Positions 13,304-22,863 are shown, numbered from the stretch's first letter. The stretch: DNA of 36,328 nt from an uncultured Actinomycetes bacterium (GCA_964449755.1 CAYVCH010000002.1:1-36328); one strand, 5' to 3'. A program made the numbers and translations. The notes: generated by a model not told the origin, from the sequence alone.

Positions 13304-14470
13304 GTGGACAGGCCCGAGATCATCCTGGCCCCCGGCCCCACGCCGATCCCGCCCCAGGTGTTGCTCGCCCAGGGCAGCCCCCTCGTGTACCACCGGGGCC
13401 CCGGGTTCGGCCGGCTCCTCCGGGAGGTGACCGAGGGCCTGAAGCGGCTGTTCCGCACCGAGGGGGACGTCCTCGTCCTCACCGCCTCGGGGACCGGCGG
13501 CCTGGAGTCGGCCGTCGCCAACTGCTTCTCGCCGGGGGACGCCGTCCTGGTGCCCCTGGCCGGCTTCTTCGCCGAGCGGTGGGCCGCCCTGGCCAGGGCC
13601 TACGGCCTGGACGTGCGCACGGTGGACTACGAGTGGGGGCAGACGGTGAAGGCGGGGGACCTGGCGGCGGCCCTGGACCAGGCGCCGGCCAGGGCCGTCC
13701 TCCTCACCCAGAGCGAGACCTCCACCGGCGTGGTCCACGACGTGGAGGCCCTGGCCCGGGTGGCGAAGGACCGGGGGGCCCTGGTCGTCGTGGACGCCGT
13801 GTCCTCCCTCGGCGCCGTCCCCCTGGACGTGGACGGCTGGGGGATCGACGTGGCCGTCGGGGGGTCCCAGAAGGCCCTCTCGGCCTCGCCGGGGCTGGCC
13901 TTCGTGGCGGTCTCGGAGGCGGCCTGGGCGGCCCACGCGGAGGCCCGCAACCCCCGTTTCTACTTCGACTGGGGCGCCTACCGGCAGTTCTACGCCCTCC
14001 CCGAGCCGGAGAACCCCTGGACGCCGGCCATCTCGGTCCTCCAGGGGCTCCGCGCCGCCCTCCAGCTCTACTACGGGGACGGGCCGGAGGCGGCCTTCGC
14101 CCGCCACGAGCTGCTGTCGCGGGCGGTGAAGGAGGGGATCCGGGCCCTCGGCCTCGACCTGTTCGGCGAGGACCCGGAGCGGGCCTGGACGGTGACGGCG
14201 GTCCGGGCCCCCGAGGGCATCGACGCCGACCGGCTCTGCGCGCGGGTCCGGGCCGACTTCGGGGTGGTCCTGGCGCCCGGGCAGGGTCCCCTGCGGGGCA
14301 AGGTCTTCCGCATTGGCCACCTCGGCTTCCACGAGCCCCTGGACATGGTGCGGGGCCTCGCGGCCATCGAGATGTCGCTGGAGCGGCTGGGCTACCCGGT
14401 GAAGCGGGGAGCGGCGGTGGCGGCGGCCGAGGAGGTCTTGGCGGCGGGCGGGCGCGGGAACGGGGGGTAG
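13304..14470 (+). CDS. Class-V (AGXT-type) PLP aminotransferase. Likely phosphoserine aminotransferase, given its linkage to serA.
   Basis: 388 aa, with a GTG start 8 nt after AGGAG. Shows the aminotransferase class V pattern (ILAPGPTPIP, LTASGTGGLESA, VVDAVSSLG, GGSQKAL). It ends 4 nt before serA. Confidence 0.85.
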   Translation: MDRPEIILAPGPTPIPPQVLLAQGSPLVYHRGPGFGRLLREVTEGLKRLFRTEGDVLVLTASGTGGLESAVANCFSPGDAVLVPLAGFFAERWAALARAYGLDVRTVDYEWGQTVKAGDLAAALDQAPARAVLLTQSETSTGVVHDVEALARVAKDRGALVVVDAVSSLGAVPLDVDGWGIDVAVGGSQKALSASPGLAFVAVSEAAWAAHAEARNPRFYFDWGAYRQFYALPEPENPWTPAISVLQGLRAALQLYYGDGPEAAFARHELLSRAVKEGIRALGLDLFGEDPERAWTVTAVRAPEGIDADRLCARVRADFGVVLAPGQGPLRGKVFRIGHLGFHEPLDMVRGLAAIEMSLERLGYPVKRGAAVAAAEEVLAAGGRGNGG

Positions 14471-14474
14471 CGGC

Positions 14475-16058
14475 GTGCGGATCCTCGTGACCGAGGCCCT
14501 GTCCGAGCGGGGCCTGGAGTTGCTCCGGCGGGACTTCGACGTGGACGTGCGCCTGGACCTGGCCAGCGGGGACCTGGCGGGGGAGATCGAGCCCTACGAT
14601 GCCCTCGTCGTCCGATCCCAGACGAAGGTCACGGCCCGGGTCCTGCAGGCCGCCCGGAACCTCAAGGTGGTGGCCCGGGCCGGCATCGGCGTGGACAACG
14701 TGGACGTGGAGGCGGCCACCCGCCGGGGGATCATGGTCGTGAACGCGCCCCAGTCGAACGTGCTCTCGGCCGCCGAGCACGCCATGGCCCTCCTGCTCGC
14801 CCAGGCCCGCAACATCCCCGCCGCCCACGCGGCCCTGCGGGCGGGCCGCTGGGACCGGAGCCGGTTCCAGGGGGTGGAGCTGGCGGGCAAGACCCTGGGG
14901 ATCGTGGGTCTGGGCCGCGTCGGCGCCCTGGTGGCCCAGCGGGCGGCGGCCTTCGGGATGCGGATCATCGCCTACGACCCCTACGTCTCCCGCGACCGGG
15001 CCAAGGAGCTGGGGGCCGACCTCATGCCGACCCTGGAGGCCCTCCTCGTCCAGTCGGACTTCGTCAGCATCCACCTCCCCCGCACGCCGGAGACCGAGGG
15101 GCTCATCGGGGAGCACGAGCTGTCCCTGATGAAGCCCGGGGCCCGCCTGATCAACACCGCCCGAGGCGGCATCGTGGACGAGGCGGCCCTGGCCAGGGCC
15201 GTCGAGGCGGGGCACCTGGGGGGCGCGGCCCTGGACGTGTTCGCCGAGGAGCCGACCACCGAGAGCCCCCTGTTCGCCCTGGAGAGCGTGGTGGTCACCC
15301 CCCACCTGGGGGCCTCCACCGTGGAGGCCCAGGACAAGACCGGCGCCGCCATCGCCGAGATGGTGCGCCTCGCCCTGAAGGGGGAGTTCGTCCCCTACGC
15401 GGTGAACGTCTCGGCGGGGGCAGAGGTCTCCGAGGCGGTCCGGCCCTTCCTCACCCTGGCCGAGCGCCTGGGGCGGCTCCTCACGGGCCTGGCCGATCGG
15501 GCCCTCCGGTCCATCGAGTGCGCCTACCTGGGGCCCATCGCCGAGGCCGACACCCGGGTGCTCACGCTGGCCGCCCTCAAGGGATCCCTGGCCTTCTTCG
15601 TGGACGAGCCCGTGTCCCTCGTGAACGCCCCCGTCCTGGCCCGGGAGCGGGGGATCGCGGTGTCGGAGGTGCGCTCGTCGGCCTCCCGGGACTACGTGAA
15701 CCTGGTGGCCCTCCGGGCCGAGACCGAGGACGGCGAGGTGTCGGTGGCGGGCACCGTGGTCGGTGGGCGCCACGCCGAGCGCATCGTCCAGGTGCTGGGC
15801 TTCGACGTGGAGGTGGCCCCCGCCGCCCACATGGCCTTCCTCCGCTACCAGGACCGCCCCGGCGTCATCGGCCGCGTCGGGACCGTCCTCGGGGAGGCCG
15901 GCGTCAACGTGGGACTCATGCAGGTGGCCCGCGACGTGGCCGGCGGGGAGGCCCTCATGGTGCTCGCCCTGGACACCGCCGTCCCGCCGGAGGTGGAGGA
16001 GCGCGTCGTGGCGGTGGCCGGCGCCGCCTGGGCCCGCTTCCTCACCCTCCCCGCCTGA
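14475..16058 (+). CDS. serA: D-3-phosphoglycerate dehydrogenase, long form with ASB and ACT domains.
   Basis: 527 aa with GIVGLGRVGALVA (NAD fold), TARGGIVDE and HLGAST. The C-terminal ACT-like segment is FLRYQDRPGVIGRVGTVLGEAGVNV. Confidence 0.93.
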   Translation: MRILVTEALSERGLELLRRDFDVDVRLDLASGDLAGEIEPYDALVVRSQTKVTARVLQAARNLKVVARAGIGVDNVDVEAATRRGIMVVNAPQSNVLSAAEHAMALLLAQARNIPAAHAALRAGRWDRSRFQGVELAGKTLGIVGLGRVGALVAQRAAAFGMRIIAYDPYVSRDRAKELGADLMPTLEALLVQSDFVSIHLPRTPETEGLIGEHELSLMKPGARLINTARGGIVDEAALARAVEAGHLGGAALDVFAEEPTTESPLFALESVVVTPHLGASTVEAQDKTGAAIAEMVRLALKGEFVPYAVNVSAGAEVSEAVRPFLTLAERLGRLLTGLADRALRSIECAYLGPIAEADTRVLTLAALKGSLAFFVDEPVSLVNAPVLARERGIAVSEVRSSASRDYVNLVALRAETEDGEVSVAGTVVGGRHAERIVQVLGFDVEVAPAAHMAFLRYQDRPGVIGRVGTVLGEAGVNVGLMQVARDVAGGEALMVLALDTAVPPEVEERVVAVAGAAWARFLTLPA

Positions 16059-16066
16059 GGCAGCCC

Positions 16067-17314
16067 ATGGACCCGGTGCGCCTGCCCCCCGCCCCGCCCC
16101 CGAAGCCCGTCAGGCCGCCGGGGGGCTCCGCCCTCCGCCACGCCCGGTACGACCTGGGGTCGCGGCCCTTCCTCGTGATCTGGGAGGTGACCCGCGCCTG
16201 CGACCTCGCCTGCCGCCACTGCCGGGCCGAGGCGGTCCCCGAGCGCCACCCCGACGAGCTCTCCACCGACGAGGGGGTCCGGCTCATGGAGGAGGTGGCG
16301 GCCTTCGGGCCGCCGCCGCCGCTCTTCGTGCTCACCGGCGGCGACCCCTTCAAGCGGCCGGACCTGTTCGAGCTGGTCGCCCGGGGGGTGGCCCTGGGCC
16401 TGCCGGTGGCGGTCTCCCCGTCGGGGACCCCCACCCTCACCGAGGAGAACCTGGGGCGTCTCCGGGAGGCGGGGGCCGTCGCCCTGTCGCTGTCGGTGGA
16501 CGGCTCCACCCCCGAGCGCCACGACGGGTTCCGCGGCGTGCCGGGGGTCTTCGGCTGGACCCTCTCGGCCTGGCGGGCGGCCCGCCGGTTGGGGTTCAAG
16601 GTCCAGGTGAACACCACGGCCGGCCCCCACAACCTGGAGGACCTGCCGGGTGTGCTGCGCCTCGTCCACGACGAGGGCGCCATGACCTGGAGCGTGTTCT
16701 TCCTGGTCCCCACGGGACGGGGCGCAGCCCTGCCGCAGCTCTCCCCCCGGGAGTTCGAGGACGTCCTGCACTTCCTCTACGACGCGGACCGGGTCGTGTC
16801 GGTGAAGACCACCGAGGCGCCCCACTTCCGCCGGGTGGTGCTCCAGCGGCGGGTGCTCGAGGAGCGGGGGCTGGATCCCGAGGCCGTCCTCGGCCTGGGG
16901 CCCACCTACCGGGTCCTGCGGGGGCGGGCCCGGGAGCTGCTGCCCGACGCCCCCTGGGAGGAGGGACGGATCCGTCGGGTGCCCATGGACGTGAATGCCG
17001 CCCGGGGCTTCGTGTTCGTCTCCCACGTGGGGACCGTGCATCCGAGCGGCTTCCTGCCCCTGGCCGCCGGCAGCATCCGCGACCGGCCCCTGGCCGACAT
17101 CTACCGGTCCTCGCCCCTGTTCCTGGCCCTCCGCGACCCGAACCGGCTGGGAGGCCGCTGCGGGCGGTGCGAGTTCCGGGCCGTCTGCGGAGGCTCCCGC
17201 TCCCGGGCCTTCGGGGCCACCGGCGACCCCCTGGCGGAGGAGGCCTGGTGCGCCTACGAGCCCGGGACCTTCCCCTTCCCCGAGGAGGTGGCGGCCCTGC
17301 TGAGGGCCGGTTGA
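16067..17314 (+). CDS. Radical SAM protein with a C-terminal SPASM-type auxiliary cluster domain.
   Basis: ATG at 16067, 8 nt after serA. The 415-aa product has CDLACRHC (CxxxCxxC) preceded by FLVIWEVTRA. The C-terminal Cys cluster is GGRCGRCEFRAVCGGSRSRA...WCAY. The upstream part of track ORF 15518..17314 is serA shadow. Confidence 0.85.
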   Translation: MDPVRLPPAPPPKPVRPPGGSALRHARYDLGSRPFLVIWEVTRACDLACRHCRAEAVPERHPDELSTDEGVRLMEEVAAFGPPPPLFVLTGGDPFKRPDLFELVARGVALGLPVAVSPSGTPTLTEENLGRLREAGAVALSLSVDGSTPERHDGFRGVPGVFGWTLSAWRAARRLGFKVQVNTTAGPHNLEDLPGVLRLVHDEGAMTWSVFFLVPTGRGAALPQLSPREFEDVLHFLYDADRVVSVKTTEAPHFRRVVLQRRVLEERGLDPEAVLGLGPTYRVLRGRARELLPDAPWEEGRIRRVPMDVNAARGFVFVSHVGTVHPSGFLPLAAGSIRDRPLADIYRSSPLFLALRDPNRLGGRCGRCEFRAVCGGSRSRAFGATGDPLAEEAWCAYEPGTFPFPEEVAALLRAG

Positions 17315-17449
17315 GCCGGCCGCCGGGGGACCCGGCAGCCGGGAGCCCTCCCCTGCGCCGCCCCGGGTTCCGGCCCCGCGGCGAGTATCCTGTGCCCAGC
17401 CTGAGACCAGCCGAGACCGGCCGCCGCGCTGGCGGGAAGGGAGGCCGAG

Positions 17450-18376
17450 GTGCCCATCACGCCCGTGGAGAAGATCTGGATGGACGGCCACCTCGTGGAC
17501 TGGGCCGACGCCAAGCTCCACGTGCTCTCGCACGGGGTCCACTACGGGAGCGGGGTCTTCGAGGGGATCCGTGCCTACGAGACGGACCGCGGGCCGGCCG
17601 TCTGGCACCTGGACGAGCACCTGAAGCGGCTGTTCCGCTCGGCCCACCTGTACCACCTGGAGATCCCCTACCCGCTGCAGGCCCTGGTGGAGGCCGTGAA
17701 GGAGACGATCCGGGCCAACGGCCTCGCCTCCTGCTACATCCGCCCCCTCGTGCTCCGCGGCTACGGGGAGATGGGGGTGAACCCCCTGAACGCCCCGGTG
17801 AACGTGGTCATCGCGGTCTGGCCGTGGGGGGCCTACCTGGGCGAGGAGGCGCTGGAGCGGGGGGTCCGGGTGAAGATCTCGAGCTGGAAGCGGAACGACC
17901 AGAACTCGCTGCCGGCCACGGCCAAGGCCACCGGCCAGTACATCAACTCCGTCCTGGCCAAGGTGGAGTCCCTGAAGGCCGGGTACGACGAGGCCATCAT
18001 GCTGAACCAGCAGGGCTACGTCACCGACGGCACCGGCGAGAACGTGTTCGTGGTCCGGGGCGGCGTGCTGTTCACGCCCCCCACCTCCGCCGGCTGTCTG
18101 GACGGCATCACCCGGGCCTCGGTGATGGCCATGGCCCGGGACCTGGGGTACGAGGTGCGGGAGGAGAACCTGGTCCGCACCGACCTCTACCACGCCGACG
18201 AGGCCTTCTTCACCGGCACCGCCGCCGAGATCACCCCCATCCGGGAGGTGGACGACCGTCGGGTGGGGGAGGGCACCCGTGGCCCCGTCACGAAGGAGCT
18301 GCAGGGCGTCTTCTTCGCCGCCACCCGGGGCGAGGTCGAGCGCTACCGGCACTGGCTCACGTACGTGGCAGGGTAG
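17450..18376 (+). CDS. ilvE: Branched-chain amino acid aminotransferase (fold-type IV PLP enzyme).
   Basis: 308 aa with HYGSGVFEGIRAY, KATGQYINSVLAK and TGTAAEITPI. Confidence 0.92.
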   Translation: MPITPVEKIWMDGHLVDWADAKLHVLSHGVHYGSGVFEGIRAYETDRGPAVWHLDEHLKRLFRSAHLYHLEIPYPLQALVEAVKETIRANGLASCYIRPLVLRGYGEMGVNPLNAPVNVVIAVWPWGAYLGEEALERGVRVKISSWKRNDQNSLPATAKATGQYINSVLAKVESLKAGYDEAIMLNQQGYVTDGTGENVFVVRGGVLFTPPTSAGCLDGITRASVMAMARDLGYEVREENLVRTDLYHADEAFFTGTAAEITPIREVDDRRVGEGTRGPVTKELQGVFFAATRGEVERYRHWLTYVAG

Positions 18377-18471
18377 GCCGCGTCCGGCCGGCGGGGCCCT
18401 GCGGATTTGGCCGGGAGCCTCACGGGCCGGTCGGCGGAAGGTCCTGCGGGCGGGCACGGAAGGAGGAGGGC

Positions 18472-18852
18472 GTGGACGTGCGGAGGCTGGCCGCGCTGGT
18501 GGTGGTCGCGGCGCTGGTCGCCGCCTGCGGCGGAGGCGGCGGTGCGGCCACCGGGGGGGACGGTGGCGCGGCCCCCGGCGGGGGGGGCGGGCCCACCCTG
18601 ACCGTGTCGGGCAGGGAGTTCGCGCCGGCGGCCCTCAGGGCCCCGGCGAACACGACGGTCACCGTGGAGTTCACGAACGCCGGCACGCTGACGCACGACT
18701 TCCGCGTCGACGAGGCCGACCTGCGCATCGAGGTCCAGCCCGGGCAGACGGGGACGGGGCAGTTCACCCTCCCCCCCGGCACCTACGCCTTCTACTGCTC
18801 CCTCCCCGGCCACCGGGAGTCGGGGATGGAGGGCACGCTGACGGTGTCCTGA
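18472..18852 (+). CDS. Lipoprotein cupredoxin, paralog of 9618-10037.
   Basis: Start is a GTG at 18472 (or 18478) after GGAAGGAGGAGGG. The lipobox is LVAAC, followed by a Gly-rich tether. Ligands: His in LTHDFRV, then CSLPGHRESGM (C-x4-H-x4-M). It is hidden inside the long track ORF 15763..18852. Confidence 0.7.
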   Translation: MDVRRLAALVVVAALVAACGGGGGAATGGDGGAAPGGGGGPTLTVSGREFAPAALRAPANTTVTVEFTNAGTLTHDFRVDEADLRIEVQPGQTGTGQFTLPPGTYAFYCSLPGHRESGMEGTLTVS

Positions 18853-18903
18853 GCGAAGGGACCACCCGCCTCGTCGCGCTCCCGTCCGCCCGCGTGGCGC
18901 CGG

Positions 18904-18932
18904 TTGACAGGTGCCGCCGCCGGCCATACTTT
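18904..18932 (+). promoter_or_regulatory. Sigma-70/SigA-type promoter: TTGACA, 17-nt spacer, TACTTT.
   Basis: TTGACA at 18904-18909, an exact 17-nt spacer, and TACTTT at 18927-18932. It lies 59 nt upstream of the hpaE-like ATG. Confidence 0.6.
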
Positions 18933-18942
18933 CGGTAGCGAA
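18931..18942. promoter_or_regulatory. Operator-like near-palindrome TTCGGTAGCGAA overlapping the -10/+1 region.
   Basis: It differs by one base from the perfect palindrome TTCGGTACCGAA at 24666-24677. Confidence 0.5.
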
Positions 18943-18990
18943 CGATCGCCGAGGGCCATGCCGGCGGGATGGGCCGGCGGAGGGAGGGAG

Positions 18991-20466
18991 ATGGCCACCA
19001 CCGCGACCGTCGAGGGCGTCAAGGTCCCCACCGACCACTGGATCGGAGGCGAATGGGTGTCCTCGGCCGACGCCTTCGAGGACCGGTCCCCCATCGACGA
19101 GGCGGTCATCGCCGAGGTGGCCCGGGGCGGCGAGAAGGAGGCCGCCGCCGCCGTGGAGGCCGCCCGGCAGGCCTTCCCCGCCTGGGCCGCGACGCCGCCC
19201 GAGGAGCGGTCCCGGATCCTCCACGCCGTGGGCGAGGCCATCGAGCGGTCGGTCCCGAAGCTGGCGGCCGTGGAGACCCGGGACAACGGGTCCCTGCTCC
19301 GGTCGATGGAGCGGAGCGTGATGCCCCGGGCCGCCCACAACTTCCACTTCTTCGCCGACTTCCTCCTGCGCCTCTCCCGTGAGCCCTTCGAGACCCGGGG
19401 CCACGTGAACCACGTCCGGTGGGAGCCGGCGGGGGTCGCGGTCCTCATCACGCCCTGGAACGCCCCCTTCATGCTGGAGACGTGGAAGGTGGCACCGGCC
19501 CTGGCCGCGGGCGACACGGTGGTGCTGAAGCCGGCCGAGTGGGCCCCCCTCACCGCCTCCCTGCTGGCCGAGATCTGCCGGGAGGCGGGGGTGCCGGACG
19601 GCGTCCTCAACGTGATCCAGGGCATCGGGGAGGAGGCGGGGGCGGCCCTCGTCGCCCACCCCGATGTGGACCGCATCTCCTTCACCGGCTCCACGGCCAC
19701 CGCCCGCATCATCGGCCAGGCGGCGGCCCGCAACCTCACCCCCGTCTCCTTCGAGCTGGGCGGGAAGTCGCCCCTGCTGGTCTTCGCCGACGCCGACTTC
19801 GAGGCCGCCGTGCGGCAGGCCGTGAACCAGTACGACAACGCCGGCCAGGTGTGCCTGGCCGGCACCCGGCTCCTCGTCGAACGGCGCATCCACGACCGGT
19901 TCCTGGAGCGGTTCGTCGAGCTGGCCCTGGCCCTCCGCCAGGGCGACCCGCGCCGGCCCGAGACGGACGTCGGCCCCCAGATCACCCGAGAGCACCTGGA
20001 GCGGGTGGACGGGTTCGTCCGGCGGGCCGTGGCGGAGGGCGCCCGGGCCGTCATCGGCGGGGGCCCCAACGAGGAGCTGGGGGGCCTGTACTACCGGCCG
20101 ACCCTCTTCGTCGACGCCCCTCCCGGCTCGGAGATCCTGACCGAGGAGGTGTTCGGGCCCGTCCTCACCCTCCAGGCCTTCGACGACGAGGAGGAGGCCG
20201 TGGCCCTGGCCAACTCGACCCGCTACGGCCTGGCGGCCACCGTCTACACGGGGGACCGGGCTCGGGCGGAGCGGGTCGCCGCCGGCCTGGTGGCCGGGAC
20301 CGTCTGGGTGAACTGCTTCTACGTGCGGGACCTGCGGGCCCCCTTCGGCGGCGCCCGGGACTCCGGGATCGGCCGGGAGGGGGGCGAGTGGAGCTTCGAC
20401 TTCTACTGCGACGTGAAGGACGTCTGCTACGCCCCCGGCGGGTGGATCCGGAGGCGGGAGGGCTGA
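18991..20466 (+). CDS. hpaE: 5-carboxymethyl-2-hydroxymuconate semialdehyde dehydrogenase-like NAD+ aldehyde dehydrogenase.
   Basis: ATG at 18991 after GGAGGGAGGGAG. The 491-aa product resembles E. coli HpaE closely (RAAHNFHFFAD, ITPWNAPFM, FELGGKSP, VRDLRAPFGGARDSGIGREGGEWSFDFYCDVKDVC). The TTG start at 18904 in the track is the -35 box. Confidence 0.85.
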   Translation: MATTATVEGVKVPTDHWIGGEWVSSADAFEDRSPIDEAVIAEVARGGEKEAAAAVEAARQAFPAWAATPPEERSRILHAVGEAIERSVPKLAAVETRDNGSLLRSMERSVMPRAAHNFHFFADFLLRLSREPFETRGHVNHVRWEPAGVAVLITPWNAPFMLETWKVAPALAAGDTVVLKPAEWAPLTASLLAEICREAGVPDGVLNVIQGIGEEAGAALVAHPDVDRISFTGSTATARIIGQAAARNLTPVSFELGGKSPLLVFADADFEAAVRQAVNQYDNAGQVCLAGTRLLVERRIHDRFLERFVELALALRQGDPRRPETDVGPQITREHLERVDGFVRRAVAEGARAVIGGGPNEELGGLYYRPTLFVDAPPGSEILTEEVFGPVLTLQAFDDEEEAVALANSTRYGLAATVYTGDRARAERVAAGLVAGTVWVNCFYVRDLRAPFGGARDSGIGREGGEWSFDFYCDVKDVCYAPGGWIRRREG

Positions 20467-20510
20467 GGCCGGGGGCGCAGCGGGCCCCACGGGGAGGAGA
20501 GGAGGATCGC

Positions 20511-21401
20511 ATGGGGGAGATCGTCGGTGCGGGGGTGGTGTCTCACGTCCCCACCATCATGCTGCCGGAGGAGGTCCGGCTGGAGATCAACGAGGGCAAG
20601 GAGATCAGCCTCGTAACGGGCCTGCGGAGGCTGAAGGACGAGGTCCTCGACCGCCTCGCCCCCGACACCGTGGTGGTCTTCGACACCCACTGGTTCACCA
20701 CCTTCGAGACGGTGGTGACGGCCCACGAGCGCCGTGCCGGGCACTTCACCTCGAGCGAGCTCCCCCGGGGGATGCGGGCCATCCCCTACGACATCCCCGG
20801 TGACCCGGAGCTCGCCCGGGCCTTCGCCGCCCGGGCGGAGGGGCGGGACGACTGCTGGATCACCGCCGTCGACGACCCCTACCTGCCCATCTACTACGGC
20901 ACCGTGAACGTCTGGACCTATCTCCGGGACGGGTGGCGGTGGGTCACGGTGAGCGTGTGCCAGACGGCGGAGACCGAGGACTTCCTGCTGGTGGGGGAGC
21001 TGCTCGCCCGAGCCGTGGAGGCCCTGCCCCGGCGGGTGGTCCTGCTCGCGTCGGGGGGCATGACCCACCGGTTCTGGCCCCTCCGGCAGCTGCGCCAGCA
21101 CGAGCCGTCGGACCCCGCGCACGTCATCACCCCCGAGGCCAGGGCCGCCGACGAGCGGGTCCTGGAGCTGTGGGAGCGGGGCGACCACGGGGCCGTCATC
21201 GAGGGGATGCCGGCCTACCTGGAGCACACCCCCGAGGGCGACTTCGGCCACTACCTCATGATGGTGGGAGCCATCGGCGGGCGCGCCTGCCGCGCCCGGG
21301 GCGTGCGCTTTTCCGACTACGAGTCGTCGGTGGGGACCGGACAGGTGCACGTGTGGTTCGAACGACCCCCGGGGGGCTGGACGGCGGCGACCGCCGCGTA
21401 G
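20511..21401 (+). CDS. hpaD: Extradiol ring-cleavage dioxygenase, LigB/class III (3,4-dihydroxyphenylacetate 2,3-dioxygenase-like).
   Basis: 296 aa with RBS GGAGGAGAGGAGG. Collinear with E. coli HpaD (VSHVPTIML, VVVFDTHWF, FTSSELP, LLASGGMTHRF, SSVGTGQVHVWF). Confidence 0.85.
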   Translation: MGEIVGAGVVSHVPTIMLPEEVRLEINEGKEISLVTGLRRLKDEVLDRLAPDTVVVFDTHWFTTFETVVTAHERRAGHFTSSELPRGMRAIPYDIPGDPELARAFAARAEGRDDCWITAVDDPYLPIYYGTVNVWTYLRDGWRWVTVSVCQTAETEDFLLVGELLARAVEALPRRVVLLASGGMTHRFWPLRQLRQHEPSDPAHVITPEARAADERVLELWERGDHGAVIEGMPAYLEHTPEGDFGHYLMMVGAIGGRACRARGVRFSDYESSVGTGQVHVWFERPPGGWTAATAA

Positions 21402-21408
21402 GAGGCGC

Positions 21409-22863
21409 GTGGTGAGCCGCGGGCCGGGGTCAGGGCCGGAGGCGGGCCCGCCCCTGCGCCTGGACCGCCCGCGGGAGGAGGCCCTGGCCAGGGCCGCACA
21501 GCTGGTGGCCCAGGCCTGGCGGAGCTTCGACCGGTTCCGACCCGAGGAGCCGCCCCTGGATGAGCGGGTCCTCGCCCTCCTGAAGGAGGGGCTGCCGGAG
21601 GAGCCCTCCCCCGTCCTGGAGGTGCTGGACGACGCCGGTCGGATCCTGGACGAGAGCATCGCCCAGCCCCGCCCCCGCTACTTCGCCTTCATCGGGTCCT
21701 CGGGCCTGGAGGTCGGAGCCGTGGCCGACGCCCTGGCCTCCTGCTACGACATCAACCTGGCCGTCTACGCCGCCGCGGCCACCGAGATCGAGCGCCAGGC
21801 CGTGCGGTGGGCGGCGGAGTTCGTTGGCTACCCGGTGACGGCGGCGGGGGCCTTCACGAGCGGCGGGACGGTGAGCAACGTGAGCGCCCTGGCGGCGGCC
21901 CGGCAGCGGGCCCTGCCGGGGGTCCGGAGGGAGGGCATGGCCGGGGCCCGGGCGGCGGTGTACTGCTCCCGGGAGGTCCACTACTCGGTGACCCGGGCCG
22001 TGGAGCTCCTCGGCATCGGCTCGGCCCACCTGCGGGCCCTGCCCACCGACGGCCAGCGGCGGCTGGTGCCGGAGGCCGTGGCCGAGGCCATCGACGGGGA
22101 CCGGGCACGCGGCGTCACGCCGGTGGCCGTGGTGGCCACGGCCGGGACCACCCTCACCGGGGCCATCGACCCCATCGACGCCCTCGCCGACGTGTGCCAG
22201 GAGCGGGGGGTCTGGCTCCACGTGGACGGCGCCTACGGGCTCCCCGCCGCCGCCGTGCCCTCCCACGCCCACCTCTTCGCGGGGGTGGAGCGGGCCGACT
22301 CCGTGTCGGTGGACGCCCACAAGTGGCTCTACGTGCCGAAGGCCTGCGGGATCGTCCTCGTGCGCCGCCCCGAGGACCTGGTGGCCGCCTTCTCCCACGA
22401 GGAGGGCTACCTGCCCCACCAGCGGCACGAGCTCCACGCCGTGGACATCACCCTGGAGTACTCCCGGCCCTTCCGGGCCCTGAAGCTCTGGCTCGCCTTC
22501 CGGGCCCACGGCGCCCGGGCCTTCCGGGAGGCCATTGCCCGGAACCTCGCCGAGGCCCGTCTCCTCTACGACGAGGCGCGACGGCACCCCGACCTGGAGG
22601 CCCTGGGGCCGCCCCAGCTCTCCATCGTGCCCTTCCGCCACGTGCCTCCGGGGGTGGAGGACGTGAACGACCACAACTGGCGCCTGGCCCGGGCCCTCCA
22701 GGCCGACGGCCGGGTCTACCTGGCCTCGGCCCTCATCGACGGCCAGGTCTACCTCCGACCGTGCTTCGTCAACTTCCGGACCACCGAGGAGGACGTGCGG
22801 GCCCTGGTGGACATCGCCCGAGAGGTGGGGGGCCGGCTGGCGGCGGGAGGGGGCGGGGGGTGA
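21409..22863 (+). CDS. Group II PLP-dependent decarboxylase (aromatic-L-amino-acid/tyrosine decarboxylase-like).
   Basis: 484 aa, with a GTG start after GGAGG. Motifs: SGGTVSNVSALAAAR, HVDGAYG, SVDAHKWLYVPKACG (PLP Lys). Confidence 0.85.
   Translation: MVSRGPGSGPEAGPPLRLDRPREEALARAAQLVAQAWRSFDRFRPEEPPLDERVLALLKEGLPEEPSPVLEVLDDAGRILDESIAQPRPRYFAFIGSSGLEVGAVADALASCYDINLAVYAAAATEIERQAVRWAAEFVGYPVTAAGAFTSGGTVSNVSALAAARQRALPGVRREGMAGARAAVYCSREVHYSVTRAVELLGIGSAHLRALPTDGQRRLVPEAVAEAIDGDRARGVTPVAVVATAGTTLTGAIDPIDALADVCQERGVWLHVDGAYGLPAAAVPSHAHLFAGVERADSVSVDAHKWLYVPKACGIVLVRRPEDLVAAFSHEEGYLPHQRHELHAVDITLEYSRPFRALKLWLAFRAHGARAFREAIARNLAEARLLYDEARRHPDLEALGPPQLSIVPFRHVPPGVEDVNDHNWRLARALQADGRVYLASALIDGQVYLRPCFVNFRTTEEDVRALVDIAREVGGRLAAGGGGG

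Noticed and set aside
11468-14332. Very long antisense or alternate-frame ORFs. On the minus strand: 11468..14332, 13704..15830, 15845..18457, 18343..20490, 6379..8049, 9998..11221, 30531..32090 and 32846..34636. On the plus strand: 187..1662, 25625..27217, 27393..29336 and 32371..34602. Also included are the upstream portions of 1256..4282, 2680..4746, 15763..18852, 19419..21401, 21807..23360 and 23057..25336.
   Set aside because: Their products are Arg/Pro/Gly/His-rich low-complexity strings with no motifs. Each lies exactly opposite, or out of frame with, a gene that has clear family signatures. Stop-codon scarcity in ~70% GC DNA produces such shadow ORFs routinely.
17315-17449. The 135-nt gap upstream of ilvE, considered as a possible riboswitch, T-box or attenuator leader.
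   Set aside because: I could not identify a specifier/T-box motif, a leader peptide with branched-chain codons, or a convincing terminator/antiterminator pair by eye. This would need a covariance-model scan to revisit.
18904-18990. The track's TTG start at 18904 for the aldehyde dehydrogenase, which adds 29 N-terminal residues.
   Set aside because: That TTG is the first base of a consensus -35 box (TTGACA). The ATG at 18991 has a strong GGAGGGAGGGAG site, and homology to HpaE begins there.
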